Origin: Betaproteobacteria bacterium | GTDB taxonomy: Bacteria > Pseudomonadota > Gammaproteobacteria > Burkholderiales > SG8-41 | NCBI GenBank assembly: GCA_016192835.1 | Contig: JACPTJ010000236.1 | Coordinates: 1 to 44,943, forward strand | Direction: 5' to 3' | Length of the DNA: 44,943 bases | Shown: in pieces, positions 37,040 to 44,943 of the stretch | Layout of the letters: each line of letters opens with the position of its first letter | Position numbering within the stretch: the stretch's first letter is position 1 | The notes under the pieces: model-generated | Told to the model about the DNA's origin: nothing | What the model saw: only the letters and a program-made list of their open reading frames with translations | Database searches by the model: none | Translations under genes and position numbers: made by a program

Positions 37040-38082
37040 CAGCTTTGGCCGAGCTCCTTCAGCACCTGCGCCATGATGCTCGTGTCAATCGCTGCCGCCA
37101 GATCGATGGGTTTGTCCTCGATCGCCTTCGCCGCGCGGTAGTACGGCAGCAGCTTCTCGATGTTCGCCACGCGAAACGCGTTGTCTGCGGGCCACATGCC
37201 GATGTCTTGTGCGAGGGTCTTCCAGTAGGCACGCATCTCGGACTCCGGCATCGTGTCCTTCCCTTTCAGCGTCGCGTATTTGAGAAACGAGGTTTTGTAA
37301 TACGCGAAGTCAGCGGTTGCCCGGCGGCTCGCGACGATGACGCCTTTCATGAAGACCGCGGCCTTCCGGCGATTGGCGTCGTTTCTGAGCCAATCGCCGC
37401 GCGCGAACACGATTTCGTTGATCCATGGATGATATTCGCGGTGCGGGACCAGTATGACCTTGTAGTTGCCGGTTTTCTGGATCTCCGGCATCTGGTCGAA
37501 GTGCACGACGGTCGCCTGCACCCGGTTGCCGAGCAGCGCCCGCATGCGCGTTCCGCTGCCGCCGACGTCCGCCCACTTCACTTTCGAAAGATCGCCGCCG
37601 GCTTTGAGGAAGCCGCCGATGATCATCACCTGCGTGATATCGCCCTGCGAGTTGATGCCGACGGTCACATCCGGTTTTTCCAGGTCCTTCCAGGTCTGGA
37701 TGTAATTGGTGTTCACGGCTACGACCAGGCTGGTATTCAGGTACCAGTTGCCGAACATGACGAGGTCGTTGCCGGCCTGGCGGCTGCGCAGCAGCTGGAT
37801 CGGCTCGCCTACGCCGATGTCGCCGGTACCACCCATGATGGTTTGCAGAATGACGCGTAAACTCTGCAAGCGCTGCATCTCCACCTGCAGCCCGAACTTC
37901 GGGCATTCGTCGAGGACACCGTAGGTCGGCGGACAATGAATGCCGAGCACGAAGCCCACGTTGATGCATTTGACCATGTCGGCGCCGAACGCGGCGCCGG
38001 GGAATCCGGCGGCGCCCGCGACAAGCGGCGCGCCCGCAATCAGGCGCATCGCCTCGCGCCTGGTCATCGTATGCTTGCTCAT
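37039..38082 (-). CDS. ABC transporter substrate-binding protein (NMT1/SsuA-like) with a Tat signal
   Basis: GGAGGAGGA lies 6 nt upstream of ATG 38082. The N-terminus MSKHTMTRREAMRLIAGAPLVAGAAGFPGAAFGA carries a twin-arginine signal. Confidence 0.8.
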
Positions 38083-38107
38083 CTGCGTTCCTCCTCCCTT
38101 GTTCGCT

Positions 38108-38872
38108 TCAATTGGCCATTTGTTGGCGCTCCTCGTACCAGGGCGCGGTCCTGCGCCCGAACCACTTGAGCATCTCGGTGAGGGCGACACTCACCACCAT
38201 GATCGTCAGCAGCGCGCCGAACAACGACACGGTGGAAATTTCCATGCCCGCATTGTAGACCACGCCGCCAAAGCCCACAATCACGTACATCTCGGCGATG
38301 ACCATGGCGCGGATGGCATGGGCGAGCCCGATGCGCATTCCTACCAGGATGTAGGGATACAGCGCCGGCAGCAGGACTTTGAAGAAGGTCTGCGTGCGGG
38401 ACGCCTCGAATGCCCGGGCCGTTTGCAGCAGATCAGGTGTCACGCCGCGGGCGCCGTGGTAGGTAACCAGCAGCACGTACCAGATCGCGGACATAAAGAC
38501 GATGGCGACGCGGAACGCGAGTCCGAATCCGAACATGATGATGAACAGTGGCACGAGCGAGGCGATGGACGTGACGAACATCATGCTCACCCAGGGCTGC
38601 AGCAGCCCATCGAGCAGCGCGGATCGCCCCATGGCAGTGCCGAGGACAATTCCGGCAACGCAGCCGAGGAGATAACCAAGGACGAGTTGCTGGAAGCTGC
38701 CCGCGAGTTCGGTGAACAGTTTGTAGTCACGCACCGTGGCCGGGAATCCACTGATCACCGCGGAAAATGGCGCGAACAGAGCGTCGCCGAGCATCCGCCC
38801 GGCGACCTCCCACAGCAGCAGAAAGACCGCCACACCCGCCAGGCGCAGCGCCCAAGCCCGGCGCCGGCTCAC
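38108..38872 (-). CDS. ABC transporter permease
   Basis: 254 aa and multi-helical, with an EAA-like loop (ARAFEASRTQTFFKVLLPALYPYI). The GTG start overlaps the upstream stop (GTGA). Confidence 0.85.
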   Translation of the reverse strand: MSRRRAWALRLAGVAVFLLLWEVAGRMLGDALFAPFSAVISGFPATVRDYKLFTELAGSFQQLVLGYLLGCVAGIVLGTAMGRSALLDGLLQPWVSMMFVTSIASLVPLFIIMFGFGLAFRVAIVFMSAIWYVLLVTYHGARGVTPDLLQTARAFEASRTQTFFKVLLPALYPYILVGMRIGLAHAIRAMVIAEMYVIVGFGGVVYNAGMEISTVSLFGALLTIMVVSVALTEMLKWFGRRTAPWYEERQQMAN

Positions 38873-39627
38873 GTCTCCCTCCCGTGGTGCCAGGGAATGA
38901 CCAGGCGTTCGGCGAGTCGCATGCCTTCCTGGCAGGCGAGGCCGAACAGGCTGACGAACAGGATTACCGCGAACAGCGCGGTGGTGTCAAACGCGTTGCC
39001 ACTGTTCTTGAGAATCTGCCCGAGGTTGACCGCGGCGAAGAACAACTCGGCTGTGATCATGGCGTTGACCGCGCGGCCGATGCCGACCCGCAGCCCGGTG
39101 AAAATGAAGGGCGACGCGGCCGGGATCACCACCTTGCGGTAGAGCGCAAGCCCTCTCACTTCGAGCGCGCGCGCGGCGTCGAGCAACCCGCGGTCGATGT
39201 CGCGCACCCCCTGCAGCACATTGATCAGGATCTCGAAGAAGCACATGGCGAACACCAGCGCCACCCGCCCTTCGAAGTACAGGCCGAACCAGATGACGAA
39301 GAACGGGACGAACGCGACGGGCGGGATTGCATAGACCGCGTTGAGGAGCGGTTCGACGGCAGTGGCGACCGCGTCGTTGCGTCCGACGATGATGCCGACA
39401 GGAATCGCTGCAACGACCGCGAGCAGGTAGCCCACGGCCATGTGCTGGATAGAGCCGAGCAGTGCAAGAGGCAGCGCGCCATCGCCGGTCATCGTGAGGA
39501 GCCTCCCGAGCACGGCGCTCGGCGGCGCGAGCAAAGCCTTGGGTAGCGCCCGGCCGATCGCTTCCCAGACGAGAAGTCCGAGCACGATCGAGACCGGAAA
39601 GAGCGCCAGCGGTCGCTTGAGAATCAC
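38869..39627 (-). CDS. ABC transporter permease
   Basis: 252 aa, a paralog of the adjacent permease (ARALEVRGLALYRKVVIPAASPFI). It starts at GTG with GGAG 9 nt upstream. Confidence 0.85.
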   Translation of the reverse strand: MILKRPLALFPVSIVLGLLVWEAIGRALPKALLAPPSAVLGRLLTMTGDGALPLALLGSIQHMAVGYLLAVVAAIPVGIIVGRNDAVATAVEPLLNAVYAIPPVAFVPFFVIWFGLYFEGRVALVFAMCFFEILINVLQGVRDIDRGLLDAARALEVRGLALYRKVVIPAASPFIFTGLRVGIGRAVNAMITAELFFAAVNLGQILKNSGNAFDTTALFAVILFVSLFGLACQEGMRLAERLVIPWHHGRET

Positions 39628-39713
39628 GTCTTACGTCTCCGTACGCGAATTGGGATGATCAGCGGCCTATCGCGCGGAGGTCGTGAGCATATCTTCGTTC
39701 GCTTACGTTCGAG

Positions 39714-40025
39714 TCAAATCGGAATTTCGACATCGAGCAAAGGCGCGTGCTGCTGCGCGCCGTAGACGTCGGTGTCGCCGACCGCGCCCGACGCGATGCG
39801 GCGCTCGATCGTCGCCTTGTACGCATGAGCGGGCGGAAACTCGGTGAAGACCACGGATTCGACCGGCACGCGATAAAGATCCGCGATCAATTGCGGACTG
39901 ATGACGCCGGTCTTGCGCACCTTATCGAAAGTTGCGGCGTCGTCGAACATGATGTCGAGCGTGAGCTCGAACGGTCCGGCGTTCTTGCTCTTGCACGCTT
40001 TGGCGATATCTTTGAGTTTGGGCAT
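39714..40025 (-). CDS. DUF4387-like small protein (partner of DUF1446)
   Basis: 103 aa from ATG 40025. It has KSKNAGPFELTLDIMFDD and YKATIERRIASGAVGDTDVYGAQQHAPLL, which I recognise as DUF4387-type (from memory). It starts 7 nt after the DUF1446 stop. Confidence 0.65.
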   Translation of the reverse strand: MPKLKDIAKACKSKNAGPFELTLDIMFDDAATFDKVRKTGVISPQLIADLYRVPVESVVFTEFPPAHAYKATIERRIASGAVGDTDVYGAQQHAPLLDVEIPI

Positions 40026-40032
40026 GTTTTGC

Positions 40033-41397
40033 TCACACGCTTTCGTATTCGATCGGAAACATCTCATAGGGATCGCGAGGCTCGACCACGTGGCGCAGCG
40101 AGAACTCGTATATCGCGCCGCGCTCGATATCGGAAGGCGAGAACGGAAACGCCATATTGCCTTCCTTGCACATGCGCCCCGGAAAATCGGTGTGCAGCAG
40201 CGTGACGCGCGTAACTGAGATCACCACGTTCGCGAGCTCCTGCGTTTTGGCGATGGCCTCGGCGAGGACGCCGATCTCGTGCGAGGCCGCATCTTTCAGC
40301 GGCTCCCATTCGCCCATCACGCCGTCTTTGCCGTACAGGCGCAGCACGAGCCGGTATTCTTCGGGCGAAACCTGAAAGGCCGTGACTTTGGTCGCGACGG
40401 ATTCGCGCACGGCGCGGATGAAGTCGCCGATCTGTGCGATCAATCCGGGATCGCGCGTGCCCGCAAAAGTGATCGCGCTGTATCCCACTTTCTCCGCCCC
40501 TTCGAGCTTGATCGTGTAGGGCTGCGGCCGCCATTGCATGCCGGACACTCGCACCGCGCGCTCGGTGTGCGCCTTGATCTCACACGCGCTCGTGTCGAGG
40601 AGACCGCCCGGCTCTTTGTGGATGATGGGGCTCGCGTTTTCGTGCAGCGCCTGCACCGCGACCGAGAGCGGCGTGCAGCGCAACTCGGGATTGAGCGGCT
40701 CGACTTCGACGTAATCGGGCGCGACCGTCCCCATGAGACAATCGTGCTTTTTCGGCAGCGCTGCATTGCATGCGCATTCGAGCATTTTGCCGGCAAACCA
40801 CGCTTGAGCGGGCGGCATTCCATGATGCATCGCGAGCGCGGCCCACGGCGCCGGATCGGTACTGCGGCCAGCCAATATCACTTGTGCGCCGGCTTCGAGC
40901 GCAGCCCTATAGGGCTCCGGTCCCATCATGCCGACGATGCGCTCCGCGCGGTCGATCACGGATTCCGTTAACGGCGCTGCGCCGCCGAGCGGATGGATGC
41001 GATCGGCCTGGAGCTGGTCTTTGAGCCACGCTTTGTTCTGCTCCGAATGAATCAGCGCAAGCTTGAAATGAAGGTCGTGCTCGCGCGCGATCTCACGCAG
41101 GATCTCGGCGCAGGTCTGCAGATGCGGTTCGCCGCCCGCGCCGCCGCAAGTGCCGATCATCATGGGGATGCGATTGGCGATGGCCCCGTGCAACAGCAGC
41201 GCCATGTCTCGCTTCATTGCGAGGCGACTGCTCAGGGTTTTGCCGGAGCCCAGGTAGTGCGGGCCCGGATCGGAGCTGCCGCCGTCCACGCCTATCATGT
41301 GCGGCTTGCGACCCAGTCCCGCTTTGAGCGAGCTCTCGGGGAAACCATAGCCGAGAATACCGCTCGCCGAAACCATGCGCACTGCGTCATGCTTCAA
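40033..41397 (-). CDS. DUF1446 / AtuA-like protein, copy 2
   Basis: 454 aa with ASGILGYGFPESSLKAGLGRKPHMIGVDGGSSDPGPHYLGSG and MIGTCGGAGGEPH. It is homologous in layout to 7103..8473. Confidence 0.8.
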   Translation of the reverse strand: MKHDAVRMVSASGILGYGFPESSLKAGLGRKPHMIGVDGGSSDPGPHYLGSGKTLSSRLAMKRDMALLLHGAIANRIPMMIGTCGGAGGEPHLQTCAEILREIAREHDLHFKLALIHSEQNKAWLKDQLQADRIHPLGGAAPLTESVIDRAERIVGMMGPEPYRAALEAGAQVILAGRSTDPAPWAALAMHHGMPPAQAWFAGKMLECACNAALPKKHDCLMGTVAPDYVEVEPLNPELRCTPLSVAVQALHENASPIIHKEPGGLLDTSACEIKAHTERAVRVSGMQWRPQPYTIKLEGAEKVGYSAITFAGTRDPGLIAQIGDFIRAVRESVATKVTAFQVSPEEYRLVLRLYGKDGVMGEWEPLKDAASHEIGVLAEAIAKTQELANVVISVTRVTLLHTDFPGRMCKEGNMAFPFSPSDIERGAIYEFSLRHVVEPRDPYEMFPIEYESV

Positions 41398-41719
41398 TTT
41401 GTATCTCCGATAACCAAACGAGCCCGTGCACTCGTTGAAAATGCCCCAATCTTACCTGCTTCTCTCACAGTATACTCGACTGCTGTCCGGTTAATTTTGG
41501 TAGGCATCACCTGATACCACCTGCATGATCAGGAGTGTACCCCCCAGCGCGCAAGGCAAGCGAAAGAAAGTTGATTTTGGTGCCGCGTGACACGCTCCGC
41601 AGTCGCATCTATACTTCGTATGCGCACCGCGCCAACTACGTCAATTCACCGAAGATGCGTTGGGCATGCACCACCCGATTGGCGGAAGTTAGAGGGCTTA
41701 ATCGAGGAGAGGGGGGCAG

Positions 41720-42691
41720 ATGAGCAGGCGAATAGTCAGCGGAGTAATTGGCACTGGTCTCATGATAGGCTTGATGGGGTTTGCGCAGGCGCAAGGCTAC
41801 CCCGACCGCCCCATACGCGTGGTCGTGCCGACTTCTCCCGGTGGTCTTCTTGATACGGTCATCCGGCCGCTCGGACAAAAACTCGCGGAGTCCCTTGGAC
41901 AACCCTTCGTCATAGAGAACCGCCCGGGGGCTTCGAACATCATTGGTATCGAACTCGTTGCGCGCTCACGCGCCGACGGATACATTCTTCTCGGTAGCAC
42001 ATTGCCCTTAGTGGTCAACCCGAGTCTATTCTCAAAAGTTCCATACGATGCCGAGAAGGACTTCATCCCAGTGTCGCTCCTCGTTGCGTCGGCATATGTG
42101 GTATCAGTCCACACATCAGTGCCGGTAAAATCAGTGAAGGAGTTAATTACGCTTGCGAGAGCGAAGCCGGATACAATCAACTATTCATCCGGCGGGAACG
42201 GAACAAATCTTCATATTGCCGCTGAATTGTTGATGAGCCTCACCGGCATGACGATGACTCATCTATCTTACAAGGGTGGAGGGCCAGCGTTGCTCGCTTT
42301 GGTTTCCGGCGAAGCTGATCTGAGCATACCCTCCGTCGCTGCCGTCCTGCCTCAAGTAAAAGCGGGCAGAATCCGGGCGATTGCCGTCACAAGCAAAAAA
42401 CGCTCGCGGCTTCTTGCCGATGTTCCTACCGTCGCCGAGGCTGGTGTGTCCGGTTACGAGTTCACTAGCTGGATCGGATTACTGGCACCGGCAGCCACCC
42501 CTGGTGACATCGTCACCAAGCTCCACCAACACATTGTCAAAGCACTGCACTCTTCGGATTTATCGGCTCGATTCGCGGGTGCTGGCATGGATGTCATAGC
42601 AAGCTCGCCGGAGGAGTTTCGTAAATACCTGCATGCAGAGCTGGCCAGGTATGCCGAACTCGTCCAGAAGCGGGGTTTGCGAGAGCGTTAG
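41720..42691 (+). CDS. Bug/TctC family substrate-binding protein
   Basis: AGGAGAGGGG lies upstream. It has a signal peptide, then YPDRPIRVVVPTSPGGLLDTVIRPL and YSSGGNGTNLHI. Confidence 0.9.
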   Translation: MSRRIVSGVIGTGLMIGLMGFAQAQGYPDRPIRVVVPTSPGGLLDTVIRPLGQKLAESLGQPFVIENRPGASNIIGIELVARSRADGYILLGSTLPLVVNPSLFSKVPYDAEKDFIPVSLLVASAYVVSVHTSVPVKSVKELITLARAKPDTINYSSGGNGTNLHIAAELLMSLTGMTMTHLSYKGGGPALLALVSGEADLSIPSVAAVLPQVKAGRIRAIAVTSKKRSRLLADVPTVAEAGVSGYEFTSWIGLLAPAATPGDIVTKLHQHIVKALHSSDLSARFAGAGMDVIASSPEEFRKYLHAELARYAELVQKRGLRER

Positions 42692-42710
42692 CCCTACGGA
42701 AGAGTTGATT

Positions 42711-43556
42711 CTATGCCTCCCTGCACGCTATGCCGTCGTATTGCGAAATGAAGTGGAGCAGTTGCATGGCGCAGGTGGCTGGCGAGAAGATCTGAATGCT
42801 GTGATATCGTGACGGAATACGCACGATACGCACATTGTTGACGTGCGCGCGCAGCAACTGGAGATGTTCATCTTTTGTGATGATGCCGCCTTCCGGATAT
42901 AGTCCGAGGACAGGTGCCGTGATCCTCGACAGATAAGGCGTGGCGTCGGCGTTCGATATCCATTGAAATAGCGCGATCAGGACATCAACGTCCGAGCTCC
43001 CCATCTCATCGAGGGTCCACGCTAGCATTTTGGGATCAGAGTCCGGGGGGAACCGTCGTCCTGCATTGGAGGCCTCTAACCATCCCCGCGAGCCCATCGC
43101 TCGCAATGCCGCTACCCTGTCCGGGTAGCCACCCAATGAGCTTTTCTTGTCTTCCTCAGTCATGTAAACGGGCGATGAAATGACGGTGAGGGTGCGTATC
43201 CGCTCGGGACACTCCGCCGCGAGTGCGAAAGCAATGGTGCCACCGGACGATTCTCCGCAGAGATGGACAGAATCCACGCCGAGATGGTCAAGCAGGTCAT
43301 TGAAGTCCGTCAAGTAGGCTGAGACTCCGATATCTTTTTTTAAGTCGAAGTCTTTTCCAGACTGCCCGAGGCCACGCAGATCGGGTCGTATTATGCGGTA
43401 GAACCGGCTCAGATAGGGAACCAACGCACGCCAGAACTTGGACGAACGGGCGTAGCCATGCTGAAGTAAAAGATAAGGGGCTTGCTTCCATGGATCCGTA
43501 AAGTCGTCCAACTCATAGTACAACCTCGGATGACCAACTCTCTCAAATACTGGCAT
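42711..43556 (-). CDS. Alpha/beta hydrolase, paralog 2
   Basis: 281 aa from ATG 43556. It has the GESSGG nucleophile elbow and is collinear with 5215..6060, including the tail LLHFISQYDGIACREA. Confidence 0.85.
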   Translation of the reverse strand: MPVFERVGHPRLYYELDDFTDPWKQAPYLLLQHGYARSSKFWRALVPYLSRFYRIIRPDLRGLGQSGKDFDLKKDIGVSAYLTDFNDLLDHLGVDSVHLCGESSGGTIAFALAAECPERIRTLTVISSPVYMTEEDKKSSLGGYPDRVAALRAMGSRGWLEASNAGRRFPPDSDPKMLAWTLDEMGSSDVDVLIALFQWISNADATPYLSRITAPVLGLYPEGGIITKDEHLQLLRAHVNNVRIVRIPSRYHSIQIFSPATCAMQLLHFISQYDGIACREA

Positions 43557-43665
43557 GCAGATCTCCCTCGGTAGACGCCGACTCACACGACTGTTCGTGC
43601 CGGCCGCTCAATTGTACGCTCTTAAATCCTCGTTCTTGTCGAATAACGAAGACGGGGGATAGTTT

Positions 43666-43746
43666 ATGGATTGGCCGCGTATCTTGGCCTATATTACCGG
43701 GACGGTGGACCAGGAGCTACTACTTCGCAAGGAGTATCTGGTTTGA
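43666..43746 (+). mobile_element. Remnant of a transposase/integrase N-terminus (26 codons, then a stop)
   Basis: It translates to MDWPRILAYITGTVDQELLLRKEYLV*. This matches, from memory, the N-terminus of a widespread DDE integrase-type IS transposase (...ILAYITG.VDQELLLRNEYL..ENRIL...). No catalytic domain follows. Confidence 0.45.
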
Positions 43747-43750
43747 TGCG

Positions 43751-44943
43751 TCAGCGCCGCGGCAATAGCCCGTCCCAGTCGCGCGGAAGAGTGACCTTGC
43801 GGCTCACCGGCGGCCCCTGCGTGTGATTGCTGCAGTAGCACTTGGACTGGTTGCGGCCGGGGTCACCGGCGATGACGATCCCGATCGACTCGGGGTTCAG
43901 GAACACGCGCACGCGCCGTTTCGGATCGTCCGACGCGCAATACTCCGGCGGCAGCAGACCTTTCGCGACCTGATCGCGTAAGCGAAAGCCCGTCAAGCCG
44001 ATATAGTAGGCGTAGCGCTCTGCGTCATCGGCTGCAATCCAGAGGTTGTCGTACAGGTACTGCCGGATGTCGGTCTTGCTCCAGCCGTGGTCGGCGAATA
44101 CTTTCGCGATGCTCGGACCCATCACGATGAGCGGATTGTTTTTCGAGTACGCCATCCCGACGGGCGACCAGTAGCCGCAGCTCTGCCCGACGACTTCGGC
44201 GAGCACGCGCGCGTGCTCCAGCGGATCATCGCTGCCGGTATAAAGCGGCGGGCTCACGCTCACCACGCTTTGCACGGTCACGATGTTCTCACCCGGCTGG
44301 AAGCCGCGATCGGCGGAGTAGGGCAGCCAGCCGACCTCGCGGCACGCCTCTTCGTTTTCGGCCAGCGCAACGAAAAAGTTCTGCGCGATGCTGCCTTTGT
44401 CGCCGGCGCCGGGCGCGAAGCGAAAACCCGCCATGTTGCGCAGGATCAAACGCAGGAAACGGCCAACCGTGCCGTTCGCGCGGCGCCCGATGCGCATCAC
44501 GCTCGCGCCGCTGTTGAAGTCGAGCTGGGTTGCGATGGGGCCGCTTACCGTGATGAGCGGCTCCCAACCGGGCGTCGAGCCCGCATCCTGCATTCTGAAC
44601 TCGGGATCGGTGACCGCTTCGACCACTGCGATGAGTAGCGGCATGTACTCAGGGCGACAGCCCGCCATGACGCCGGTCACTGCAATGTTCCACACCGTCG
44701 CCTCCCGGTTGTCGGGCGGGCAGACACCGATCACTTCATCCGGTGCGCGCCCGGTAAAGCGCAGGAAGCGCTCGACCTGCGCAAGCGTCGGCGGAAAGAC
44801 GGGCAGGCCGTCGGTCCACATCGCATCGTAGAAGTGGTTGTTGACTTCTTCGAGCGTGCCACGGAATACGATTTCCCGGGGCGCCGGCTCGCGGGCCGCG
44901 GCCTGCTTGCGCTCACTTGCGCGTGTTGATGTCAGAGCCTCGA
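43751..44943 (-). CDS. Paralog of the uncharacterised C-terminal domain of the selenoprotein gene; 5' end outside window
   Basis: The frame stays open upstream of Met 44821 to the window edge (...EALTSTRASERKQAAAREPAPREIVFRGTLEEVNNHFYDAMWTDGLPVFPPT...). It shares GVMAGCRPEYMP, GWSK.D...YLY and LPRDW blocks with 34600..36297. Confidence 0.75.
   Translation of the reverse strand, partial: EALTSTRASERKQAAAREPAPREIVFRGTLEEVNNHFYDAMWTDGLPVFPPTLAQVERFLRFTGRAPDEVIGVCPPDNREATVWNIAVTGVMAGCRPEYMPLLIAVVEAVTDPEFRMQDAGSTPGWEPLITVSGPIATQLDFNSGASVMRIGRRANGTVGRFLRLILRNMAGFRFAPGAGDKGSIAQNFFVALAENEEACREVGWLPYSADRGFQPGENIVTVQSVVSVSPPLYTGSDDPLEHARVLAEVVGQSCGYWSPVGMAYSKNNPLIVMGPSIAKVFADHGWSKTDIRQYLYDNLWIAADDAERYAYYIGLTGFRLRDQVAKGLLPPEYCASDDPKRRVRVFLNPESIGIVIAGDPGRNQSKCYCSNHTQGPPVSRKVTLPRDWDGLLPRR

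Overview
High-GC proteobacterial window. Seven Bug/TctC solute-binding paralogs suggest a Burkholderiales-like or similar host. About 40 genes are tightly packed, many with 4-nt ATGA/GTGA/TTGA start-stop overlaps, and together they look like an organic-acid (di/tricarboxylate) catabolic island. I saw no rRNA, tRNA or CRISPR array. Paralogous parts recur: 3 isocitrate-lyase/PEP-mutase-family lyases with the KRCGH loop, 3 MmgE/PrpD dehydratase-like genes, 7 Bug/TctC genes plus one relic, 2 near-identical-architecture alpha/beta hydrolases and 2 DUF1446 (AtuA-like) systems. There are also hydantoinase A/B, a 2-hydroxyacid dehydrogenase, an FAD dehydrogenase, an IclR regulator, an acyl-CoA dehydrogenase and a NitT/TauT-type ABC importer. 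Two things stand out. (1) At 34921-34923 an in-frame TGA is followed by a 12-bp SECIS-like hairpin. Reading through joins two called ORFs into one protein with the motif C-U-G-S-C (UGSC-type selenoprotein, GrdB-like U-x-x-C region) fused to a ~370-aa uncharacterised domain. A second copy of this architecture runs off the right edge of the window. (2) At 26403-31242 there is a coenzyme-B12 glutamate-mutase-like operon (S subunit, GlmL-type chaperone) with two divergent E-subunit paralogs. Neither seems to keep the canonical active-site Glu motif, there is no methylaspartase, and an ADP-forming acyl-CoA synthetase follows. Other oddities: an in-frame CapA-SDR fusion that retains an internal Shine-Dalgarno, a likely frameshift at the 3' end of the selenoprotein gene, a Bug gene with an internal deletion, a Bug relic, a transposase N-terminal remnant and a REP-like element. 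All calls come from reading the translations and sequence by eye. Start codons are best guesses, and family assignments need HMM or BLAST confirmation.
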